A stretch of 64,000 nt of DNA from Macrostomum lignano. Taxonomy: Eukaryota. Below the pieces are notes generated by a model. The model was given only the letters and a program-made list of their open reading frames with translations. It searched no databases and had not been told where the DNA came from. The translations under genes and the position numbers were made by a program. The DNA is taken from positions 62,001 to 126,000 of the forward strand of contig NIVC01001164.1 in NCBI GenBank assembly GCA_002269645.1. Reading direction: 5' to 3'. Below, one piece after another: positions 38,191-50,652 of the stretch (the stretch's first letter is position 1; each line of letters opens with the position of its first letter).

Positions 38191-38699
38191 AGGGTGCTCA
38201 CAGACTTCCTTATAAGTACAAAGTCGTGTTAGTATAAATCTAAAGTGTCTTACTTGAACTTGTTATAAGAGACCTTTTAGCCAGATCTATGTTTTGCTAA
38301 TCCTAGTTGCTAGTTACGGTTTTCAATATCCTAGCCATTAACGGTGGACTCTGCAGCAGGCAGTAACAGAAGCGGTTGTTTAATGGTTGATATAGATAGA
38401 CATAGGCATCAGTTCTGTCTAAGGACTCAAGAAACTCCACCCTGCAACTGAGCTGATCCGATACTCTCCTGCTCAAAATATATTGTCCAGGCTTTTGAGA
38501 CTAAAATTTTCTAAACTGGAATTTTCCGACTGTCTGTGTGAATTTTAGTGACGAATAGATGCACAGGTTACATGTTAAATTGGCAGCTACATGTTAAATC
38601 CAGAAAGATTTTTCTCCTTCGTGTTGAGAAAAAAAGCAAATCATAGCAAAATGCGTTTAGAGAACACGGGTCGTAAATAATATGATGACATTTTCTAAG

Positions 38700-39833
38700 C
38701 CAGTTAACCCCCAGCCAGCAATTGAATTGAGTCTTGAGGACACTCAAGCTATTGAAGACTTGCTTTTCACTGTCTATGGCCCAAAAGGGTCTGTGAAGCA
38801 GTTTGAGAATGGAGAGATGACGCACGGCTAAAGAGTGCAGCAACGACCAAGACACGAGTGGGCTGAGCGAAGCGCACGAACGTCTATGGTCTTTGCTGCA
38901 CTCAAAAGCCGTGCGTCGACATCATTTGCAGGACAAATTTCTGTTTTATGTCCTTTATTGCTTGGGCGAAAGAGGCCAAGAGCACCTGCAGCATCTGACA
39001 CGACGAGATGCATTGGAGCTGCACACCGACTCTGATGGTAAGGAGTTCTACTGTCTCCCGCCTCTTCCGTCTAAGAATAAGTCCGCGGATCCAGTGAGAA
39101 GTAAAGCAAAACCCGACAACAAGCAGGCAAGGATTTACGATACTGAAAAGGTACGACGGTATCTAGACCTTCTACCAGTTGAAACCAAGGATAACCACCT
39201 ATTTCCACGGCCACTGGCAAACTCTGCGAACGGAAGTCCTACGTATTCAACGAAGCAGAATCGCGGTGTCAACTATCTTGTTCGATTCATGCATAACTTG
39301 AGCAAGAAGGCTGGGCTATCAAAGATGTATTCCAACCATTGCACCAGGTAGTACGACTAATGTTTTTGATCTCGAAAATAACAGATCTTAGATCTTTAAT
39401 TTATCTGAGAAAAAACATTGTAAACTACATGCATTAGTAATGTAATCATCATTGATCATATTTTCTTAGGGTCACCAGGATTACGGATCTAGAGGCCGCG
39501 GGACATAGCATGGCCGACATTATGTCCATCACCGGCCAGACATCTGAACGAACGGCACGCAGGTACCTTACAAAACGTTTGCAAGCGAGCAGCAAGCGAG
39601 CATCTCTGCAAGCGAGCAGCTATGCTGTGACGTCGGCATTGGCACTGCAAACTAAAGAAGAAGAAGTTAAAGGTGACCAGGCCGGACACGTAGGACCAAG
39701 CGATTCTGGGGCCAGTGAGCTGGATGTCAATGTGGTGTCAAACATGCAAATCACCGGCGTTAATCAGGAACATCTGGCGATGGCGAAGTTTAGCTTTAAC
39801 AACTGCACCTTCTTCGAATGCAAATTCGTTTGA
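38700..39833 (+). mobile_element. Decayed Crypton-type tyrosine recombinase (DUF3504-like), one intron at 39348-39469
   Basis: LQDKFLFYVLYCLGERGQEHL (catalytic R), LFPRP, RGVNYLVRFMHNLSKKAGLSKMYSNHCTR (HxxR), spliced to VTRITDLEAAGHSMADIMSITGQTSERTARRY (catalytic Y), with an FNNCTF tail. In-frame TGA stops lie upstream of 38821. Confidence 0.8.
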
Positions 39834-40485
39834 TAAATAAGACAGCTAATGATATGAAGCTTAATACGACTTTATAGGACTTTACCATAACTAATTTAAA
39901 ATAAATTGTTGCTTCGTTTGTCTGGTTTGCCCTTTAAATTAAAATTTCCGTTTGTCTTACAGTTAATGACATGAGGACATTAACGTGAAGTGACATTTCG
40001 ATCAATGAAAAGCCAGTCTTTAATGGCTTGATTCTCCCGCTAGCCATTGAATTGCTGGTTCCTGGGCTTTGTTGTTTAAAAATGTTGTTCATATTGTTTG
40101 CAAACTATTATATACTCGTAGATAAACTTGTAGTTCAACCACGGACTAAAAACAAACGCTTGCTCGATTTGCAAGATTTGCTTGCTCATGATAATACCTT
40201 GCCGGGGTTGAATAACAAGCACTCACCTGACTAAGCAAGGTTTATCATTGGACAATGAGGCAAGAGCTTAGATCCCCTCTTAATCCCTGACCAATGCCAC
40301 TTAACTGCTCAGAGACTTCCAGCACAATTCGCTCTGATCAAGTTGCTTATCTGCTCCTTTTATCCGACAACAAAAAAAGAAATTCTTCAGCAATTCGACA
40401 ACAATGCCAGTCGATATGCCATCGACTGCAGGTCTCAAGTGACAAACCTTTTCTTTCGGAAGATAAATACCCTGTCTGATTGTCC

Positions 40486-43400
40486 ATGCCGGCTAGCAGG
40501 CTGCTCAAACTTTGTCGAATAATCATGAAGTTCTGCTTGTCACGGACAAGTCGACCACTCGACTGGTTGTTGCTTTCGGTGCTGCTCTGCCTGGCGCCGA
40601 GACTGAGCTTTGGCGCGGACTATCGGGTGCTGGTGGCTGTGGAAGATCCTTGGACTGGGAGCGACACCTTCGTGCGCGATGTTTTTCATCGGCGGATTGC
40701 AATGAACTGGCGACTAAACATGGGTTCGAACACTGTGACTCCGCTGGTGCTCCGAACTGCCGGCCCAAGGCAGGTCACGGAAATTGAGCGGCAGGGTGAG
40801 TGACGGCATTTCATTGACACTTCGTCAAAGTTGGTAGCTGTGTAACTTAACTAACTACATGTACTTAGCATGCGCGCTGCATTTTACAGTCTGCGATGCC
40901 GCGTCCTCCGGTGCCGCTGGCCTGCTGGCAGTTGGCAACTGTCCGTTCCTGACTGACTTGAGCATCTTGGCCAACAGCCTGCAGCTGCCGTTTATCGGGG
41001 CTCCGACTGCGCTGTGCCGAATGAAGTTCAACAATGGTAGGAGCTGAAAGACCCCGTCCAATCTTCTAACCATTTGCTGCAACAATAACTGAAGACCCGT
41101 TCTAGCTCGTATCTTCCAACCATTTGCCGCAAAAGTGTCTGAAGACCCCGTTCCATCTTCCAACCATTTGCCGCAACAATAACTGAAGACCCCGTTCCAT
41201 CCTCCAGCCATTTGCTGCAACAATAACTGAAGACCCCGTTCCATCCTCCAACCATTTGCTGCAACAATAACTGAAGACCCCGTTCCATCTTCCAACCATT
41301 TGCTGCAACAATAACTGAAGACCCCGTTCCATCCTCCAGCCATTTGCTGCAACAATAACTGAAGACCCGTTCCATCCTCCAACCATTTGCTGCAACAATA
41401 ACTGAAGACCCGTTCCATCTTCCAACCATTTGCCGCAAAAGTGTCTGAAGACCCCGTTCCATCTTCCAACCATTTGCCGCAAAAGTGTCTGAAGACCCCG
41501 TTTCATCTTCCAATTATTTGCTGCATCTTTCAATTAGTGTCAAATCTACTGCAATAAGGTCAAACCAGAGTAGCTGGGAACAAACCATATAAACACTCGA
41601 ACCGTTGCCAGACTTTGGATTCACCTCGGGTCACGACCCCAGCAACCTGATTGACGCGGCGGTGAGCGTGCTGCAAACCAGAGCGCCCGATTCTGTTGTC
41701 CTCTACTACGACTCAAATCAGGGTGAGTGTGACAGTCAAACAAACCGCAAGCATAATCGATGAATGATCATTAAAAGTGAGGCATTGTTGGATTTCAGAC
41801 AGCACCATTGTGGAGGAAGCGCAGACCAAGCTAGCAGCCAACGGAATTGGCTCGCTGACATTCTCTGTAGATCATCTAAACTCGTCAGCGCTGGTTGAAC
41901 AGATGCAGAAATTTGTGAAGAACAAAATTCGGCACTTTCTAGTGATTGCTGCAGAGTCAACTGTTGGAACAATCTTGCGCAGCGCCGCGGACACCAAAGT
42001 AATGCAGCAGAACTACTTCTGGACGGTTTTAGACACGGGCCTATCCGAGGCGACGCTGCTGCCTTACGCTATACCGAATTCAAACATTGCGCTAGTGAGA
42101 GGCGGCGCATTCGGATTGGACAAGTCGGGTTCGTGTCCCTCCGCTGTGGTGGAGGTGTTTCCGGCCTGCAATGCCACTGCTGTGAAGGTAAATAGCTCGT
42201 AGTGTGCATGGCAACTAAAGTAATTTTGGTATACGAAGGGGCAGAGCTGCTCAGAGGTGCCAAGACCTCCGGTTCGGCCACATTAATTTGGGGCTTGTGC
42301 GCTCGAAAATTGGCCGGGAGTTGTCGTGGGTGTTCACACATACAGTATGAGGGCCAACCCCCAAGGCGCAGAGAGTGTACATGCCTGACGATTAGAAGGT
42401 CAGGACCGGCTGGACCGCTGTACACCCTGTGGAGCGTGTGCATGAGTGCGCGCCTGTGTACAGTATTGGCCTACTTGTACATGTATGTGAGGAGTCAGCG
42501 GAATGGGCAGAATTGTTGTCAGCGCTGGTTGTGGGACGATGCTGCGCCAAGTGTGCCCGCTGCCCTCCTGCAAAAATTATTTACTATTACTATTATTGTG
42601 CAAGCTTTTGCCGATACTCCCGTAAACAGACTTCAGAGGTGCGATTCGCCGACGCAGTGGAGGCGCTGGCGAAGGCGCTCAACGACTCCTTGTCGACTCA
42701 CTCCATCACGCCGAGCAATGTCAGCTGCTCCGCCAAACAGAACTGGACCTGGGGCCGCACTCTGAACGACGCAATCGCGTCGGTGAGTTGGTCTCTCAAT
42801 CAGCTGTTTATCTCTGCTGAGTTAGCGTGTCCAGCTGCTCAAGCATCTCAGTTCTGCATCTCTATTTCAGATTTCAAACTACGATACATTCCGTGGCGTT
42901 ATTGGTTTCAACTCGACCAGCCGGTACTTCAACGGCCAGGATGTCGAAGTGTTTGGCACCTGGAATGAGAGAAGCTCCGGCTGGCCAGTAATGCAGCTGT
43001 CGGCCAGATTCCGCATAGCAACTCACCACCTGACTGTGCTGGCTCAAGTTCGCGGCTCCAGTGTCGCTTTTCCGAACACTTTTCTGGGATTTAAAAACGA
43101 GACAATCGTTATCTGTTCGCCGTTTGTAAGCCTTTTATGAGATTATAAAGCTCAATTACATCTGCCAGACTTGTCATAACAGTCTCCACTTTTAGTTCAG
43201 TAGCTAGGAAGCATATGTAAGCTATTATATAAAAAGAAAAGCAGCTGGACTGAATTGCTATTGGCGCAGCCGTTGATGTACATTAGCCAGCGCCGCTGAG
43301 AATGTACATGGATTGGCAGGCAGATTTGTACAAAGTCCGAGGAAGGCAATAAAAATGGGGTGGCGGGGCCGGGTAGAAGAGGTTTGGTGGGGAAAGAAGC

Positions 43401-46102
43401 GCAGCGGCCAGGGGGGGGGGCTAGGAGGGGTTAAGAGAGCCAATAAACGAGTCCTGTCATAAAATACATTAAAATGCTTTTTATTCAACTTACTACTGAA
43501 CTGAAAGTAGCTTACACGCAAATAAATAATCCGTGTATTTACCAATCACTTCTTGCCGCTTTCGCAGGCTCCTCCGTACACTTACCATGAGGAGTCATAT
43601 CCCAACGGGACAGTAGTTCTTGGCGGCATGGTGCGAGCCCTGATCGACAGGCTGGCCGAGAGAATGGAGTTCCGGTAGGGGGGTTTTATTGCTTTAAGCG
43701 TAGGATTCAACTTTGAGCGTTTTTACCTTTGCAATGCAACAATATTTTCGACACTGCCTGTCAGGTACATCGCCCAGAACTCGGCGGATCGAACATTCGG
43801 AATTGTTCCTCCTGGTAGCAGCTATGCCACCGGTTGCGTTGGCGAAGTCCAGAATGGGGTGAGTCATCGATTCAACAGGCGAGCTAAATAAAATACTTTC
43901 TAAAGTATTATAGAAACAAGTTCTTGGTAAACGCCCTCTGCGTCTTGACAGTCGATTGCAGCAACGCTCTAGCAACCATGGTGTGATGCATGTAACTGCA
44001 TACCTTTGATGATATCTGAAATGAGTGTCTATAGGGCGTCACTTCATCTGGCTGGGGTGCCATTTAACTCGACTGGACACCAGCACCAGGGGCTTTAGCA
44101 CCAGGGGTGTTAGCACCAGGGGCTTTAGCACCAGGGGCTTTAGCACCAGGGGTGTTAGTACCAGGGGTGTTAGCACCAGGGGTGTTAGCACCAGGGGTGT
44201 TAGCACCAGGGGCTTTAGCACCAGGGGCACTTTAGCGTTAGGACACTCCAACGCATCCGACGTTCCACAGACGGTAACCCTGGGCGGTGGCCCGTTCGGC
44301 AAGAGCGTCAACCGGGCATCCGTGGTGGAATACTCGGCCGCATTTTTCGAGGAGTCGATGGCCCTGTTGGTGCACCGTCCGCCGCCGGAGTCCAAGCTGT
44401 GGAACCTGCTGAGACCGCTGCAGCTGTACGTTTGGATTACTCTGGGAGCCACCGTGATACTCGCCTCGCTAATCATGTGGGCCCTGGCTTACTTTTCACC
44501 TTTCTCAGCCTGGAATTTGGGCCTAGATTACGCCTGCGCTGATGAGGTGTGGCTGCAAGAGTACGTCTGGATCAGCATCGGCAGCTTCCTACAGCAGGGC
44601 CAGGACTTCAATCCGTTTGCTATGTCGCCGAGAACTGTGCTGGCCTTCTGGTGGATGTTCGCACTCATCATACTGGCTGTGTACACTGGTGAGTGCGGGC
44701 TGTCTGCACAGCTGAAGTAGCGGGATGCTACGCTCGGTTTTCTTAGAAACGATCCGAAGGGCGGTCAGTGCATTCAGTATAGGCTCTGGAGAAATCGAAT
44801 TTGTCTATGGCTAAACCCCATTCAGCGCTATGCGTTCTCCAGAGCATACCCAAGAACTGTCCAGATAACGATTTAAAGCCCTTTCATTCTTTAAAATAAA
44901 ATATTAAAGAACTTGTACACCTTCAATAATGATCACCAGGTGACCTGGCCTCCGATCTGGTTGTGTCAAACGAGGTTCTGTCTATCAAGACGCTGCAAGA
45001 CTTGGCTGACAGCGACGTTGTGACACCGGCCGTTGGCGAGGGATCCTTCACGTGGGGCCTGATCCAGGCTGGCGGCCGGCCGGAATTTAAGAAGCTGTCA
45101 AAGCGCCTCGTCACCTTTCAGGGCCCCCGCGGCTGCAGGGAGATGGTGAGACGCAGGGACTAGCTTGGAGTGAGGTGGGTGGCGGAGTGAGGTGGGTGGC
45201 GGAGTGAAGTGGGTGGCGGAGTGAGGTGGCTGTCGGAGTGAGGTGGGTGGCGGGGTGAAGTGGGTGGCGGAGTGAGGTGGCTGTCGGAGTGAGGTGGCTG
45301 TCGGAGTGAGGTGGGTGGCGGAGTGAGGTGGGTGGCGGAGTGAGGTGGGTGGCGGAGTGAGGTGGGTGGCGGAGTGAGGTGGGTGGCGGAGTGAGGTGGG
45401 TGGCGGAGTGAGTGAGGTGGGTGTCGGAGTGAGGTGGGTGTCGGAGTGAGGTGGGTGGCGGAGTGAGGTGGGTGGCGGAGTGAGTGAGGTGGGTGTCGGA
45501 GTGAGGTGGGTGGCGGAGTGAGGTAGGTGGCGAAGTGAGGTGGGTGTCGGAGTGAGGTGGGTGGCGGAGTGAGGTGGGTGCCAGAGAGCATCCAGATTGT
45601 CTTCCTCCTGTACGACCCTAGGTGCTGAGCAGCAACATCGCGTGCATGATCGACTTCACCTTCGCAACCCTGGTGTACAACCAGTTCTGCGACAAGGTGT
45701 ACCTTGGCGAAGAGAAATTCTACACCATAACTGTCGGCTTCATCTGGCCACCGGACTCCTACTTTGCCGATCTGTTCAATTTTTAGTGAGTCAGGAAGAA
45801 AATTTTCTTCTTATCAATTTAATGAAGCAGAACTTTTATTAATATTGCTCGCCTTGTTCAGCATCCAACGCCTGTACGAGTCCGGCTACATCTGGCGGTC
45901 ATTTGAGAAGAGCGCGAACAGTTCGTTTGGATGCTCTGCCTCAAACAGCGTACCACCTGGCCAGTCCATCACCCTGGAGGGCTCCGGCGCCTGCTTCATC
46001 CTGCTGGCCGGCTGCTTTGCGGTCGGCCTGATCCTGCTGCTGATGGAGCTGGCCTGGGTGCGCCTGTGCGGCAAGAGTCCGCTGGACTCGTTTATCTTCT
46101 AG
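40486..46102 (+). CDS. Ionotropic glutamate receptor subunit, 12 exons, about 864 aa (40486-40795, 40890-41036, 41612-41722, 41799-42187, 42630-42782, 42871-43125, 43568-43674, 43765-43858, 44271-44688, 44940-45145, 45622-45785, 45862-46102)
   Basis: Signal peptide, ATD (VCDAASSGAAGLLAVGNC..LQLPFI), S1 (APPY; GCVGEVQNG; NRASVVEYS), M1, pore loop SFLQQG, M3 FWWMFALIILAVYTGDLA, S2 and M4. All 11 introns are GT/AG and phase-consistent; exon lengths sum to 2595 nt. Start ATG could be 40525; the exon-5 acceptor is approximate. Confidence 0.92.
41046..41520. repeat. 44-bp minisatellite in iGluR intron 2
   Basis: Unit GAAGACCCCGTTCCATCTTCCAACCATTTGCTGCAACAATAACT. Confidence 0.95.
42330..42570 (+). 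mobile_element. Copy of dispersed family B repeat in iGluR intron 4
   Basis: ATGAGGGCCAACCC..GCAGAGAGTGTACA..GCTGTACACCCTGTG, shared with the other copies. Confidence 0.75.
44083..44228. repeat. 15-bp minisatellite in iGluR intron 8
   Basis: Unit AGCACCAGGGG[GC]TTT-like (translates as STRGV/F). Confidence 0.9.
45167..45580. repeat. 17-bp G-rich minisatellite in iGluR intron 10
   Basis: Unit GGAGTGAGGTGGGTGGC. Confidence 0.95.
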
Positions 46103-46196
46103 AAGAAGAAGAAGATTGATGAGGGGGCGCCTGGTGCGCGTGTGCGAAGAGATAATTTGCTTTTTAACGCGATGGGAAGACATTGAATAAGTAAAA

Positions 46197-47048
46197 TCAT
46201 GAGTTCCTGAGTTCTTGAGTTCCTGAGTTCTTGAGTTTTTGAGTTCTTGAGTTCTTGAGTTCTTGAGTTCTTGAGTTCTTGAGTTCTTGAGTTCTTGAGT
46301 TCCTGAGTTGTTGAGTCCATGAGTTCTTGAGTTCTTGAGTTCTTGAGTTCTTGAGTTCCTGAGTTGTTGAGTCCATGAGTTCTTGAGTTCTTGAGTCCAT
46401 GAGTTCTTGAGTCCATGAGTTCTTGAGTTCTTGAGTACATGAGTTCTTGAGTCCATGAGTTCTTGAGTCCATGAGTTCTTGAGTCCATGAGTTCCTGAGT
46501 TCCTGAGTTCATGAGTTCCTGAGTTCTTGATTTCTTGAGTTCCTAAGTTGTTGAGTCCATGAGTCCATGAGTTCTTGAGTCCATGAGTCCATGAGTTCTT
46601 GAGTCCATGAGTCCATGAGTTCTTGAGTCCATGAGTCCATGAGTTCTTGAGTCCATGAGTTCTTGAGTTCATGAGTTCTTGAGTCCATGAGTTCTTGAGT
46701 CCATGAGTTCTTGAGTTCATGAGTTCTTGAGTCCATGAGTTCTTGAGTCCATGAGTCCATGAGTTCTTGAGTCCATGAGTTCTTGAGTCCATGAGTTCTT
46801 GAGTCCATGAGTTCTTGAGTCCATGAGTTCTTGAGTCCATGAGTCCATGAGTTCTTGAGTCCATGAGTTCTTGAGTCCATGAGTTCTTGAGTCCATGAGT
46901 TCTTGAGTCCATGAGTCCATGAGTTCTTGAGTCCATGAGTTCTTGAGTCCATGAGTCCATGAGTTCTTGAGTCCATGAGTTCTTGAGTCCATGAGTTCTT
47001 GAGTTCATGAGTTCTTGAGTCCATGAGTTCTTGAGTTCATGAGTTCAT
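46197..47048. repeat. 8/16-bp composite minisatellite downstream of the iGluR stop
   Basis: CATGAGTC and CATGAGTTCTTGAGTC units; source of the QELMDSRTHG ORFs. Confidence 0.95.
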
Positions 47049-47501
47049 GGGTGATTTTAAGAGTTCCTATATAAGTGGCTTCAACGGTTTCACATGCGAA
47101 ACTATAAAACAAAATTATATTTTTGTCCAGTACTGAGAAGCAGGAAAATAAATTCGAAACCAACTGTTATAATCGGATTTCTTGCATTAAAATTGCCACG
47201 AAATTGACTTGATTTCTTTTTGTGGGAATCAACGACGAATAGAAGTGAATTTTATGAAGGGTGTGCCAGTCAGAGCGGGGTTGGAGATTTTAAACTGCAT
47301 TTTCTCTGCATAAGTGAGGAGGATAGTGTCAAACCAAAATCCTATGAATTTGGCATAAATCATGCGCAACACGGATTATCGGCTGCATCAGGTGCTATTT
47401 AATAGCCAAGGATTTCAATAAACCGCTTCTGCTGCGCCGGATAGAAACTAGTAGCATAGCAACTACCATATCGCATAGCAACAAGCCAGGAACAACTTAT
47501 C

Positions 47502-47739
47502 AGCAGCCTATCAACAGCCTATCAACAGCCTAGCAACAGCCTAGCAACCGCCCAACAACAGCCTAGCAACAGCCTATCAACAGCCTAGCAACCGCCTAAC
47601 AACAGCCTAGCAACAGCCTAACAACAGCCTAGCAACAGCCTAGAAACAGCCTAACAACAGCCTAGCAACAGCCTAGCAACAACCTAGAAATAGCCTAACA
47701 ACAGCCTAACAACAGCCTAACAACAGCCTAGCAACAGCC
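47502..47739. repeat. 11-12-bp minisatellite abutting the methyltransferase ATG
   Basis: CAACAGCCTAG(C)-type units ending CAACAGCC-ATG. Confidence 0.9.
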
Positions 47740-48610
47740 ATGGCAGATCTCGAAGAAGCCGAACGAATCGCTCTGAAGAACCGAGAACGATTCAAAAACG
47801 ATCTGATTAAGCCGAAACTCAATCCCGATCAGGTGATGCGTTACTATGACGACTGGAGCAGCACCTACGACGACACTATGTACACCGGCGAGTTCGGCTA
47901 CTCGAACTTCACCGGCCTGTGCGAAGTCCTGACCGAGCTGCTGCCGAAAGACGCTGACAGGTCGAAACTGCGAGCCCTGGACCTCGGCTGCGGCACCGGC
48001 ATCATCGCCAAGCAGCTCCGGGAGCTGCTCGGCTTCCGGTTGGTTGACGGAGTCGACGGCAGTCCCGGGATGATCGCCCAGGCCGAGAAGCTGGGCATCA
48101 TCTGCCGCGGCTACGTTGAAATCGTTGAGAACCGCAGCCTGACTCAGGTGCCACACGGAGTCTACGATGTGGTGGTCAGCAAGGGCGCCTACGTGCCCAA
48201 CCATGTGAAGCCGAACTCGCTGCCCTTCGTTGGCGAGCTGCTGAAGCCGGGTGCGATTTATTGATTGATATATTGATAGAAAGACTGATTGATTGGTTAA
48301 TTGGTTAATTGATTGATTGATTGATTGACTGATGATTGATTGATTGACTGATGATTGATGGTATGATTGATAGATGGAATGATTGATTGATTGATTGATT
48401 GATGGTATGATTGACTGATTGACTGATGATTGATTGATTGACTGATGATTGATGGTATGATTGATAAATGGAAAAATTGATTGATTGATTGATTGATGGT
48501 ATGATTGATAGATGGAATGATTGATTGATTGATTGATTGATGGTATGATTGATAGATGGAATGACTGATTGATTGATTGATTTATTGATTGATGGTATGG
48601 TTGATAGACG

Positions 48611-48657
<47 letters not shown>

Positions 48658-49196
48658 GGTATGATTGATTGATTGATTGATTGATGGTATGATTGATAGA
48701 TGGAATGATTGATTGATTGATTGATTGATGGTATGATTGATAGATGGAATGATTGATTGATTGATTGATTGATGGTATGATTGATAGATGGAATGATTGA
48801 TTGATTGATTGATTGATGGTATGATTGATAGATGGAATGATTGATGGACTGATTGACTGATGATTGATTGATTGACTGATTGACTGATTGACTGATGATT
48901 GATTGACTGACTGGCTGGCTGGCTGGCTGATTTACTGTTTAACTAATTGATTTATTGACTTACTAGTTAAATTAGTGCATGTCTCCCACTCTTGCCTCCC
49001 CAATCACCACCCTGAAGGCGGGCTGCTGTGCACAGAGATCCGTCGCTCCGTAATTGAGGAGACGGACATCGGCGAGATCGAGCTCGAGGCCAAGAAGATG
49101 GAGGCCTCCGGAGGCTGGAAAATACTCAAATGGCGTCACGAGTCGGTCTATAATCTCAACGTCCCAGGCTTCATCTACGTGCTCCAGAAGCTGTGA
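47740..49196 (+). CDS. Class I SAM-dependent methyltransferase, METTL27/WBSCR27-like, about 229 aa (exons 47740-48250, 49018-49196)
   Basis: YYDDWSSTYD, motif I ALDLGCGTG, VDGVDGSPGMIAQAEK, YDVVVSKG, and LLKPG|GLL across a phase-1 intron. Confidence 0.88.
48265..48950. repeat. (GATT)n-based microsatellite filling the methyltransferase intron
   Basis: Direct reading. Confidence 0.95.
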
Positions 49197-49542
49197 TGCT
49201 GAGCTGTGGGAAAACCGCTCCATCTGGGTGAAGGATAAAACTTGCTGACAATCGCTTTGAGTCGCTTGAGTCACTTGATATCGCTTTGCCATCGGGCTGT
49301 TGAGTTTCTGACGATCAAATCAGGCAGTGACAGATCAGGATGCAGGACTATCAAATATTATTGATGCAGGCCCGCTGGCCATTGCGTGACAGGAAAACAT
49401 GATTGGCTTTTTTGTGCTTTGTTTGCAAAAGCAGAAGTTTCCGTTGCTGCTGTTTCAAAAATAGCAAGATATTATTCATTCACTACTTTTTAGTAGGCAG
49501 TTATCAGACGAATAGATTTTCTTAGCTATTCTAAGGATCAAA

Positions 49543-50267
49543 AGAATGGATTGCTAATCTATAGCCATCTTGGATGAAGGAATAGAATGGATTGCTAATC
49601 TATAGCAAGTCATCGGGGGTGTAGGAATATAATGGATTGCTAATCTATAGCAAGTCATCGGGGGTGAAGGAATAGAATGGATTGCTAATCTATAGCAAGT
49701 CATCGGGGGTGAAGGAATAGAATGGATTGCTAATCTATAGCAAGTCATCGTGGGTGTAGGAATAGAATGGATTGCTAATCTATAGCAAGTCATCGGGTGT
49801 AGGAATAGAATGGATTGCTAATCTATAGCAAGTCATCGGGGTGTAGGAATAGAATGGATTGCTAATCTATAGCAAGTCATCGGGGTGTAGGAATAGAATG
49901 GATTGCTAATCTATAGCAAGTCATCGGGGGTGTAGGAATAGAATGGATTGCTAATCTATAGTAAGTCATCGGGGTGTAGGAATAGAATGGATTGCTAATC
50001 TATAGCAAGTCATCGGGGTGTAGGAATAGAATGGATTGCTAATCTATAGCAAGTCATCGGGGTGTAGGAATAGAATGGATTGCTAATCTATAGCAAGTCA
50101 TCGGGGGTGTAGGAATAGAATGGATTGCTAATCTATAGCAAGTCATCGGGGTGTAGGAATAGAATGGATTGCTAATCTATAGCAAGTCATCGGGGGTGTA
50201 GGAATAGAATGGATTGCTAATCTATAGCAAGTCATCGGGGTGTAGGAATAGAATGGATTGCTAATCT
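49543..50267. repeat. 46-47-bp minisatellite
   Basis: Unit GGAATAGAATGGATTGCTAATCTATAGCAAGTCATCGGGG(G)TGTA. Confidence 0.95.
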
Positions 50268-50652
50268 TCGAAAATGAAGAAAAAGATGATTATTTTGGAA
50301 GTCAAACTTTGAATTGAAGGAATTGGACGCCAAAAAGTGTTCGCCCATGAAGTGCAAACATTTACAAGCTTAACTGTGGCTCGCAATGACCGATTGAAGT
50401 AAACGCTTCCAACCACTAACTAGACGCTACGCTAACTTGTTTTGCCAAAATGTAGGCCCAGTATTACTATCAGATAGTATAGGCTACGCAATGTCTGACC
50501 CAGACCAGTTTGCTGCCTTGCACGCTGTGTTACTTTGAACAGGCATTGGCGCCACGAATCCATGAGGCACTGCATCAAGAACCGCCCCCGCCCTTTATTT
50601 GCTTGTTTTCCAATGCGATTCTTTTCTCACTTTCTCTGCTGTCCGGTGCGCC

